A stretch of 64,000 nt of DNA from Hamiltosporidium tvaerminnensis FI-OER-3-3 (taxonomy: Eukaryota > Fungi > Microsporidia): positions 248,001 through 312,000 of the forward strand of contig CM061246.1 of the NCBI GenBank assembly GCA_022605425.2, given 5' to 3'. The notes under the pieces were generated by a model. It searched no databases. It was not told where the DNA came from and saw nothing but the letters and a program-made list of their open reading frames with translations. Made by a program: the position numbers and the translations under genes. Shown one piece after another: positions 11,943 to 22,577 of this stretch. Each line of letters starts with the position of its first letter. Within the stretch, counting starts at the first letter, position 1.

Positions 11943-12672
11943 CTTTATGTAAAAGTATCACATCTTTTTAAAACAGTGGCAAGTGTTATATTTGTTTTCA
12001 TGACTGTAACGCAGTTCTAGGTTTAACATAAATAACTGCTACCCCACCACTCCATCGGTAACCCCTGCGATGCCTATGTTTCAAAGCTTTTCATCTACTA
12101 AGTGCGTAGAACCTAATTACTAGGCGAGGCAGTTGCCCGGAGTTCATTAATGTTCGTTGCATGAAGTGTGATCGAAGGCCGAAGCCCCCCCTGGGCACCC
12201 CCAAGACTATGCAGCATTCCCACTTAATTTTCACTTTCTGAACCCAATAAACTTTTAGCTAAGATATATTTCAGAGACTTACATGGGGTCCACCTAGACA
12301 GTGCAATTTCAGACCAACAGGTATAATCTGCTACTTAGCTTTCCTGGATTTAAATGGTTTTTTGTTTTGTATCTCCCAGGCGCTAAGTCTTCTAATCCGA
12401 GTGAGCAAGGCTAGGTTTCCATACTTTTACATGGCAATTACCTACATGTTCAGCTGCAGTCTGTATAATCTGGTTGCATAAAAAACTATAAATAAATTTG
12501 TAGAAAAAGTTTCTCCTTTTATTAGACCTCTCCTCCTCATACAAACTCCCATGGAACAACCAAAGATGTAGTGTGGTTTTATTCCCACTAAAAATCCGAA
12601 CAATGATTTCATACCGGTCTCACACACTCATTGCCAAGCAGAAAGTTTTTTATGTGGCTATCCTCCCTCCAC
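11943..12672 (-). mobile_element. Long non-coding SINE-like retroelement, family L, copy B (best preserved, 730 nt)
   Basis: Perfect 14-bp TSD TATGTTATATACAA at 11929-11942 and 12673-12686. Begins GTGGAGGGAGGATAGCCAC and ends ...TACTTTTACATAAAG. No long ORF. Confidence 0.88.
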
Positions 12673-13319
12673 TATGTTATATACAATACATATATATATT
12701 ATTAATCATAAAATAACAAATATTAACCAAGAAACTCTAGGATATGGTGTGAAAATAAAAAAAGGGTAAACATCACAAGCTTAATGATGTAATATATTGA
12801 TATATCTTGGAAAGGCATACTTTTCCTATGAGTTTAAAAAAATGTTTGAACTTTAAAACTATTTTAATTCAGTATATAACGTATCGTCAAATATTAAACT
12901 AGTTCGATTATATAAAGCAGAAATATAGTGCAATTATTTATAAAGAATTTTTCCATTATTTCAGAAGAAACATACAGTTATCAAAAAAAATCCGAATATC
13001 TATGTTTTAATGAAATTATTCCTATGTAAAACTGCGTGATATAAGTGTTTAAATTGTTTCATAAGAGTATATTTTAAACATATATCTAGGGTTACTTTTA
13101 TAATATTGTCTATATAAAATAAAACGATTAAATTTACAAAATTTTAGTCAAAAAAACTTAGGGTACTTTTTAAGATTTAGTATGCCTCTTTGGGCATATG
13201 TGACACTCAAAACTCGCGATTTTCATAGAAATAACACGTTTTTGCACAAAATCAATATGAATTTCATTCCGAATTTTGAGTTTTTTTTGCTTTACTCCAT
13301 TCAGATTTTAAAAAGTATT

Positions 13320-14140
13320 TTACACAATTATTCTTTCATTTAAGCCCATAGATGTTCCATTTGATTTAAATCAGCTAATCGGGATAACCAAGGAAGAACT
13401 TCAAAGTCTTATTCTTTTAAAAATTCCACAGTAACCTTTGATGTATATTTAGAATCAATATCTTGCTGAAAAATATACTCCTCTAAACTGAAATTTCTAA
13501 CAGATGATTCTAAATTATTTGTAAGAATACTAACAAATTGAAATCGGGCTATAGTAGTATCAATGGATGCTAACCTTCCAAGATTTGATATGACATACAT
13601 CCTAAAACATATTATTCGTCTTTTATGCTTAACTCTTTTGGTCATATATTTAGGTGTTCATCGTGCCTCTGTAATTGTTAACTCCTACCTGCTCAATTAA
13701 ACAAGTTGAACTTCTATTCACAACCAAACATTGTAATTTTGTAATCGTCATCGGAAATCAATAAAAATAATTTTGAAATTTTTAAATTGGTAATCATATT
13801 TTTTTGGGACAAAAATGGTTTCTGAGCACAGAAAAACGTATAATTACCGACTTTTTCGATAGATTTCTTATAGTTTTGATATTAACGTTATAATTACATA
13901 ACACATACAATTTTTTAGTGATTTCTGTTGGACCAATTTTAAGATTTTCTTCCTCTAGAATCAGAAATTCTATTGGTTATGGCGATATCTATAAAGACAG
14001 GTCGTCCAGATCTATCTTTAAGATTCGTCCCTTTTATATTTATATACTTATGTAAAGTATCATGGACTGTAGACCTAGCGATGTAAATAAATTTAGAAAA
14101 TTCCATCTGAATAACATTTAAGCTTAACTCCACCATAGCA
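13320..14140 (-). pseudogene. Tc1/mariner (DD34E-type) transposase pseudogene
   Basis: HTH region IARSTVHDTLHKY...RSGRP; first-D region LLISDDDYK; FQQDIDSKYTSK (FQQDNDPKHTSK); EVLPWLSRLADLNQMEHLW (WPSQSPDLNPIEHLW). Broken by stops and frameshifts. Confidence 0.85.
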
Positions 14141-15412
14141 TCTTATTTCCCGGCTGATTAAATATAATCCTTTGGTGGGTGATTTAAATTTCAAAAGAAA
14201 TAATTAACTGATCTATGAAACAAAATACATAATAAATTTTAGGTGCCTAATTTTTTTTGACATTTTGAAAAGATATATCTGCAAATCTATAACTAGAGAT
14301 TATAAACAAATCCACCAAAGAACAATGTATAGATAAAATATTATAACTTATTACTATTGCAAAAAAATTAAAATTCCTATTAAAAATATATGAAAATTTG
14401 GAATTTTTAAATGCTGGGGTTTTTTTGACATATGTATATTCAAAGAACAAACGATATTTTTAGTTTACTTATGTATCATGTAAACTGAGGAAATTTAAAA
14501 CTTCTTATAAAGTTAAATAGATAGCTATGCCTTTTACTACAGAATATACTTGAAAATTTGAATTTTAGGTCAATTATAAGGACATTTCAAATCTCTAATT
14601 ATTAAAAAAAGTAAAAAAATAAGAGTTTCAATGAATCGAAGACACTTTTTCAAAAACTTTAGAATACAGATTAATAAGATTAAGTTGATATACTATAAAA
14701 CAAGTATTGTTTTCATGTACTAAAAGATTATATAATACGATAGTAAATAGTATCATGGTGCCCGTATTCACTCTGATTCTAGTATTTAAAATCCAAATTT
14801 TATTTTTTAAAAATGCAAACAAGTAATCAGATCCAAGCTAATTGATAAGATATGTTACAAAAGAAAAGTTAAAAATAATTAGATTGAATAAAATATAAAA
14901 ACAATTATTTAAATATGCGCGAATGATAGGATATAAAGAAATACATTACAATATTTAAAGAAAATTTAGCTTATCTATCAACTATCAAAATATCGAAATA
15001 ATAAAAAATAAAAAAATCCAATTAAGATTACTCTATCAAACAGAAATATCATACGAGACCGCAATATATTTTAATTTTACATCAAAAACGTTTTAAATTG
15101 TACATCATGAAAGCATTATTATTTCTATGATGTTTTTAAAAAAAAGATTAGGAACAGTATTAAATAAATATCATTTAAAAGTAACACGCAAAGATTATAA
15201 AAAAATATGTTATAAAAATTCTTATAATCATGAATAATGAAGATTTGGAGTTTTATTAAATATAAATATAAAAAAATGCTTTTTTAATTACATTCTTAAC
15301 ATAAACATTCACATTTTCAATGATGTTTTATTAGTACTTGTAAATATTATAAAAAATCAAAATATCTTTTAGTTAAAAAAACAGCTAATAAATTTTTAAA
15401 GATATACCCATA

Positions 15413-16501
15413 ATGGGTATACAAGATAGAATAAAAGAAATAGAAAATGAAATGGCGAGAACACAACGAAATAAAAAAACCGAGCATCATTTTGGTGTAA
15501 TGAAAGCAAGACTAGCTAAACTGAAACAAGATCTTCTCATTCCAAAATCAATAATATCTAAAACCGATACATTTGAAGTTATGAAGGACGGTGATGCACG
15601 GGTATCACTTATAGGATTCCCGAGTGTAGGTAAATCTACACTTCTTTCTAAAATTACATCAACGGAAAGTAAAGCAGCCGAATATGAATTTACAACGCTT
15701 ACTTGTGTGGCTGGTAAATTAAACTATAATGGTACAAATATACAAATACTGGATTTACCCGGTATTATTTGTGGTGCGTCCCAAGGAATTGGGCGAGGTA
15801 AACAAGTTATTGGGGTGGCACGCACAGCCGATTTAATTTTAATTGTTTTGGATCCTTTGAGATTATCAGATAAAAAAGTATTAGAAAATGAACTTTATTC
15901 CATGGGAATTCGTTTAAACAAGAACAAACCAGATATTTCTTTAACAATAACACAATCTGGTGGAATAAATATAAACTTTTTAATTAAACAAACAAATTTA
16001 ACTGAACCAACAGTAACTGGAATTTTAAAAGAGTATAAAATAAATAATTGTATTATGATTGTACGAGAAGATGTTACTGACGATGATATAATAGATATTT
16101 TAACAAATAGGGCTGTTTATGTTCCATGCTTGTTCTGTTATAATAAAATTGATAATCTTACTTTAAAAGAACTCGAAAATTTAAATTTAGATGAAAATTC
16201 GTTTGCTTTAAGCAGTCAAAGAGACTGGAATTTAGAAGAATTAAAAGAAGAAATATGGTACCGTTTGGGAATAAAAAGAGTTTATACTAAAAGAAAGGGA
16301 TGTTTTCCTGATTTGAATTTACCAGTAATTTTAAGAAAAAGTTGTACTGTAAAGGATTTTTGTAAAAATATTCATCGAGATTTTGTTGATAATTTTAAAT
16401 TTGCTTTGATATGGGGCGCAAGTGCTAAACATAATCCACAAAAAGTAGGGCTTAATCACGAACTTTGTGATGAAGATGTTGTCAGAGTTTATACAATATA
16501 A
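15413..16501 (+). CDS. RBG2: Developmentally regulated GTP-binding protein (DRG2/Rbg2-like; OBG family with TGS domain)
   Basis: MGI...EMARTQRNKKTEHH, GFPSVGKS, YEFTTLT, DLPG, NKID, and C-terminal WGASAKHNPQKVGLNH. Confidence 0.92.
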   Translation: MGIQDRIKEIENEMARTQRNKKTEHHFGVMKARLAKLKQDLLIPKSIISKTDTFEVMKDGDARVSLIGFPSVGKSTLLSKITSTESKAAEYEFTTLTCVAGKLNYNGTNIQILDLPGIICGASQGIGRGKQVIGVARTADLILIVLDPLRLSDKKVLENELYSMGIRLNKNKPDISLTITQSGGININFLIKQTNLTEPTVTGILKEYKINNCIMIVREDVTDDDIIDILTNRAVYVPCLFCYNKIDNLTLKELENLNLDENSFALSSQRDWNLEELKEEIWYRLGIKRVYTKRKGCFPDLNLPVILRKSCTVKDFCKNIHRDFVDNFKFALIWGASAKHNPQKVGLNHELCDEDVVRVYTI

Positions 16502-18418
16502 TATATCTAATTGATAATTTGGTTATTAAGAACTAATGAATATGTCTATCTTATTTAAATTGATAGTTATTTTTAAGAATATTTATGATTACCTTATTGT
16601 ACAAGTTATGTTAAAAAAATAATAAAAATATATTTTACAAAACTGTATTGATTTAATAATTAAAAATTTTAACTTTTCTAAGTAAAATAGATTTGCTTTT
16701 TTATTCTATTTATGATTTTAAAATATACTTTTGATCTTTTTATACAATTATCAGCATTTATTATTTTTTTTAAAACAATTTTATTTTATCTTTCATGATC
16801 TTTATACTTAAAAATTTTTATATTGTTTAAGTATTCACAAAAAAATCACTTAAAATGCTTTTTGTTTAGTTCTCATGAAGATAATAGTGTAGGGTTTATT
16901 AAATAAATTAACATTAAAAGCATAATTATTTAAAAAAAGGTTTTTTCTTCACTTCAATTTGATGATTTTGTATAATTTCTTTCCAAGCTTCTGATCCTAT
17001 AATCATATCAACTGATACAAATAAATTTATTTTAGTATTAACTTCGTTTACTTGCTTATTTTTATAACTTTTACCATTTTATGGGAGAGTTTTTTAAATC
17101 GAGTATCTTTGTGTGTTTTTGGTCAATATACTATGACATTCTGTCTTTTTATACCTATCAGGGTCTGTTTTTACATTTCTGTGTTTATTTGCTTAACATT
17201 ATTATTCTCATCGGTATGTAAATATAATAAATAAATATGCTGCGTGACTGTAAGCATCCTGTATAACCTACAATAAGTCTCTTTTATGATCATTTTTAAT
17301 TTTTAGGAATAATTTGAAGATATATCATGTGTATTATAGAAGATTTTTATTGAAATCAATTCGAAATACTATATTTCCTAATGTTTTGGAAAAAAAATTA
17401 AATCTTTGATACTTATTTTTATTTTTTTAGGAAAATTTGTATATTCAGAATATTTAACAGCCGTCGATTCTAGATTTAAAGCCAGATTTCGCACATGTTG
17501 GCTGTTTTATATGTTTGTTTTATAGTGAGCTATATGCATATATTTGTCTGATCTTGATGAAAATAAACATATATATGCTCAATTCTAAATTCTATCTTTG
17601 GTATTTATAACCGAGAATGTTTTTAATTTTAAAATAATTAAAATTAAGGACTTGATTTGTATTTATCTTTGGATTATTTAGCATTCAAGTTCGTATTTAG
17701 GCAATTAAAAACCAAGATATTATTTATTTTCATCATAATTATGATAAAAATGCAAGTAAATCTCTTTAACCATAAATATTGGGCATTTAAACATAGTAAA
17801 TTCTACAGTACCGCTTCAAAAATATTTATAGCTAACATTTTATTTTACCATTAATTTATGGGGAGCTTCTTGCTATCAAAAGAATAAAAATATATTTATC
17901 AAATTATAGTAACTATAACTATTTGTTGCCTTTCTAACTGAAATATCCAAACTTGATTCTTGATTTATTAAATGATTAGTTGAAACTCAAACAAGTTATA
18001 TAATTTATTACAATACTCATCACTTTATACGTAAGCTTAATTAAATCTTAGAAAAAACAAGGGTAATTTCTTTTTATTTTTAAACTTTCAATTATTTTGG
18101 ATATATTCAATTATAATAATTTATAGCTATGGAGAGAAAATGGTTTTTGAGAATTAAATTAGAAAATTGTGGTTTTTTTAAGTGTTCATTTTTATGGTAT
18201 AATTTTTTTAACATTTCTTTTCCATCTTGAAACTATGAAATCTGTTAAAGGATTAAAATCAAATTTCTATATAAAAAATATTTTTAATCAGTTTATATTT
18301 GATCTGGTAAAAGAATATTTCTTAATTCATTAAAATAATAGAAATAAATCAAAATTCTTTCTTTTTAGAAATAAAATATAAAAAATCAAATAATTGAAAT
18401 GAACACCAACTTTTTTTA

Positions 18419-19219
18419 TTAAAAAACCTCAGAAACACTTTCCTTTCGACTTAAAACCAAATCAGTAATTTTAACAACAGCATTAGCAAGTAATGAAGTA
18501 AACAAAGCCATTTTACTTTCGTCATCATCTTCTGAGACGATAGGAACTTCATTTAAGCATTTTTGTAAATACCGCAATATTTTTTGATCAACTCGGATTT
18601 CATTATTTTTAACTTTTTGCAAATACTCAACGATTACTGTCAAACTTTTCTCATACATTTCCATAGAAGATTTTATATCTTTTACATTTGTAAAATATTT
18701 AGAAACACTACAGTCCCGTATATCTTTAAGTAAATGTTCTACACCTACTTCCTCGGCTTCTTCTCCTTCAACAACACATGGAATATATTTAAATTTTTTA
18801 TCGTTTTTCTTTCCACTTTTATCGTCAACCAATCTAAATATTTGTACCTGTTCACTTATATTAAAGGCTTTTACATCAACGATAACCAATAAAGGATTTG
18901 GTAAATCACGCATAAATGACTTTGTTATATCTAAATCATTTTTATGCAAAGATGGACCTGAATGATACCAACCCAATATTTTCTCAGAAGAATCTACTTT
19001 GTTTAAAAGTGCATACATTTTATCAGAATATGACGTATCAAAAAACCAATTACCTTTATCATCTTCACTAAATGGAACAGCATAAGATTTTGTTACAAAT
19101 AATCTTTCATCCATTTTTCCCATAACTATACCTGCAACCCTTTTACTATCACACCTTCTATAATGATCTACAACAGATGCCATAACAAGAGGATGAACTG
19201 TTATATTATTATCTACCAT
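18419..19219 (-). CDS. RPN8: 26S proteasome lid subunit Rpn8 (MPN domain)
   Basis: VHPLVMASVVDHY, SYAVPFSEDD..WFFD, GWYHSGP, EEAEEVGVEHLLKDI. Confidence 0.95.
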   Translation of the reverse strand: MVDNNITVHPLVMASVVDHYRRCDSKRVAGIVMGKMDERLFVTKSYAVPFSEDDKGNWFFDTSYSDKMYALLNKVDSSEKILGWYHSGPSLHKNDLDITKSFMRDLPNPLLVIVDVKAFNISEQVQIFRLVDDKSGKKNDKKFKYIPCVVEGEEAEEVGVEHLLKDIRDCSVSKYFTNVKDIKSSMEMYEKSLTVIVEYLQKVKNNEIRVDQKILRYLQKCLNEVPIVSEDDDESKMALFTSLLANAVVKITDLVLSRKESVSEVF

Positions 19220-19538
19220 TTTAAAGGGTTTCTTTGTTTACACATATTTTATATTTTTAATACTGATTTGTAATTTTTTTTGAATGATATAAAGAGAATA
19301 TTTTTTTTTTCAAGAAACATTTTTTTGTTATCATTTTATATTTTTACGTGATGTTTAATTTTTATTTTACAAATATTTTATGAGTGGAACAGAATTATAT
19401 TTTTTAATGATTTAAATAGTTTTTTTTTGGTTAAAGAATTATTTTCAATGTGTGGTTTAATAATTTAATAGACAATTAAAATATTTGAAATATTTTTTTA
19501 AAAATTTTACAAACCAAAATTACTTTACTTTAAAAATT

Positions 19539-19698
19539 AAAGAGATAATTGTGACACTTACTGAACCATTAACACATTTACAGTAATTTCAAGACTTATT
19601 ACTTTACTTTACAAACCAAAGAGATAATTCTGCAGTTACTGAACAATTAAAACATTTACAGTATTTCAAGACTTATTACTTTACTTCACACCAAAGAG
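19539..19698. repeat. ~80-bp imperfect tandem duplication
   Basis: AAAGAGATAATT...TTACTGAA...CATTTACAGTA...TTTCAAGACTTATTACTTTACTT occurs twice. Confidence 0.85.
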
Positions 19699-19712
19699 TA
19701 TATAAAAATGAT

Positions 19713-20006
19713 TTATTTTTCTTCTTCTTTATTTTCAACATATGGCTCAAAATTTTTATCAAAACTCATTTTGTTGTCAAAAATACGATCAAAATCTTCT
19801 TCGTCAAATTTTTCTACAGGAAATGTTGTATTGAGAAATGTCCATATATTATCTGCTGTAATAATATTTGGTTTTTTCATGTTTCTTAAAATTTTTACGA
19901 GATAAAAATGTTTATGAATTCCTACCGGTTTTATTGCACCAAGTGCTTTTATTATTCTTATTTTTATATGTGCATCAGAATAATTGGTTCTTTTAGTAAG
20001 TGTCAT
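19713..20006 (-). CDS. EAF7: NuA4 subunit Eaf7/MRGBP-like (compact)
   Basis: IKPVGIHKHF and IWTFLNTTF match the Eaf7 N-terminal domain. CCC motif upstream of the ATG. Confidence 0.8.
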   Translation of the reverse strand: MTLTKRTNYSDAHIKIRIIKALGAIKPVGIHKHFYLVKILRNMKKPNIITADNIWTFLNTTFPVEKFDEEDFDRIFDNKMSFDKNFEPYVENKEEEK

Positions 20007-22286
20007 CTAAAGGGTAAAACTTATTAATATATTAAACGAGCAATAAATATTTTTAGAAATTCCAATAATTTATATTTTTGTGTTTCTGGATCAATGATAA
20101 ATATAGTGTGAAAGAGTTTATGCGGTGTTTTAATGATTTTAACTTTTAAAGCAAAAAACTGGGTTATTTACTTCATTCCCTTAATCACGTTAAGAGGTTT
20201 CAATCTCGTATCCCGGATTTCAGAAAAGAAAAAGAAAATTTTGTAAGAAAAGAAAATATTTTATTTAAAAAAAATGCAACTTATTCACTCTTAACTTAAA
20301 GATTCATGGAATGAGTTAATAAATTATGAATAAAATTAAATTTTTTTATAACCACCCATCTATTTGCCAAATAATTTTCTTAAGAACATGCTAAAATTTT
20401 TTAACTTTTATGCTAAAAAGAAAGAATAAAAAATTATAAACTATAATTAAACTTAATATTTCTTTATGTTAGAATATTTTATGTTTTATACAGGACACAC
20501 TGAAGTTCATGAAAAACTTTGAAAGATTTAATTAATTAAGCATAAAAATTTAAAAGACCGAAAACTACATTCAAAGTTATATAATACAATAAATATTGAC
20601 CGTGTAAGCAGTAGTGAAGCTCCAAGGTGTCTCAAGGAATAAAATATTAAGTTTTAGATTACTTGACTGTGCAGTGTTTGCTATATCCAAGATAGAAATA
20701 TGTTCTGATAAGGAGAAGAAAAGTGATAGCACTCTGGTAAATATAGCAAGACCGTTGAGTATTTAGTAAATAAATCTGAGAAAATAGAAAAGCTTAATTA
20801 TGCTAAGTTTAACAAAAAATTCAGATCCTTTATAAGCGTTTCATAAATAAATCTAAATTAATATCTAGCAAACGAATTAGGAATCATCTATTATAGATTC
20901 TTGAAAATTATATGCGAAAATAAATTTGTACATCAGAATTAAATTTTATATCAAATATCACATAATTAACCAAATATATTTACTTCACACAAGAAATTTT
21001 ATTATATAACAACCAATACAACCCAAATTTAAATACGTGAGTAGTAAACATAGTTGTTGTATTGAAAATCCATAAATGATTATTTAGTAGCCAATGAGTT
21101 AGGTCTTATTTATAAATATACTGTAGAAATAATTTCCGGTGTCATAATTTGAATTTTTATTCTTGCACCGTATCATAAATTCATCTTTTAGGTCGTAAAA
21201 TAGGCAAAAATGTGGAAGAATACTTGCAATCAAATGTACTAAAGGTTTTTTAAAGCTACCTCTTTGTATCCAAACAGAAAACAAGAGTCATGATGGAATG
21301 CAGATGAGAGCTGGGAAATTACTTGAAAGATACTATAGCAGGATAGAAGATATAAATTTCTTGGCTATCTTTAAAAATATATGCAAGGAAGAATCATATG
21401 CCAATAATATAAAAATGTAAACTTTTAAACTATCAACTTTTGATGATACAACACTAAAAAATCTTCAACTACACATAAAAAAATGTGCTAGATATGAGAG
21501 GGTGTTGCAACAAAGCCGAAAAATAGGTGTATTAATCCATCGCAAAGCCAAAATAACATCAAACAAAGCATTTTTTATATATTTTAAAATTTTATGATAT
21601 AGTATAGTTATAAACGATATATAATAATGTGAAATCAGAAAATTTGTTAGATTTAAGTGTAATATTCTTATTTCAAGGAAGTTATAGTAAGCACAATTCT
21701 TTTAATAAATTCATTTAGTCTCAATAATTTTTTTATCATTTACAATTGAATTTTTTTAATCTATATTTAATTGAGATTTAGCTTTTCTTTCAGTGTTTTA
21801 ATTCAATTATATAAAGAAAGATTTGTATTTTGAAATGATTAAATTTCAATTTGGGTCATAGCTGAGGCCTTGAAGTCCAACAAGTTTCCTTACAGCGAAA
21901 ATAAAAAAATACTTCAAATTATAAAAAAACGGTGTGAATTATCAATTATTACATTTCCATTGCATTTTATCAGATTACTTTTTTTAATTCTGAAATTTCA
22001 TTTTAATAATTTGTAAAGAAAATCAAATATATAAAATCAAGATTTCAAAACAAAATTTTCAATTCTATTTTTTCCTCTTTAAACTAAAAATTGTGTTCTA
22101 TTGGTATATACGTTCAAATCAAGATATTTCATTTCTTATCTTATCAAAAAAATTAAACTAACCCTTATTAGTTTAATGCTTTACTGTTTCAAACAACAAA
22201 ATTAATTAATAAAATCTTAATAAAATATTTTTTACCTATTATAATTTGTTAGCTCGATTTATATTAAAATTTATTGTGCTAAAAAC

Positions 22287-22577
22287 ATGGAAGAAGGTGA
22301 TTTCGAAGTAACATTTAATATGTCAACTAAGAACGCAAAATTAATACAGGAGGTTTTGGACTTAAATCCAGGGTTTGATACAATGATAGATTCACAATAC
22401 GAGGTTATGGATGATTCATTGTCGGCTACTTTCAAAGCAACTAGATTTGAACAGTTTAGACGAGCTATCGATTGTTTTCTTTTGAGATTCAAAATTTCAA
22501 ATGATACGTTGGTTTTGGAACACGATGGTCCCAGTGACACTGTTAGTTCTAAAAATGATAAGAAAGGAAGAGATTAA
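22287..22577 (+). CDS. PCC1: KEOPS/EKC subunit Pcc1 (LAGE3)-like
   Basis: Size (96 aa) and pattern NAKLIQEVLDLNP...LSATFKATRFEQFRRAIDCFL fit Pcc1. Confidence 0.6.
   Translation: MEEGDFEVTFNMSTKNAKLIQEVLDLNPGFDTMIDSQYEVMDDSLSATFKATRFEQFRRAIDCFLLRFKISNDTLVLEHDGPSDTVSSKNDKKGRD

Noticed and set aside
20500-21560. Possible transposase or integrase debris (YNPNLN-like fragment)
   Set aside because: A single weak motif with no consistent frame.
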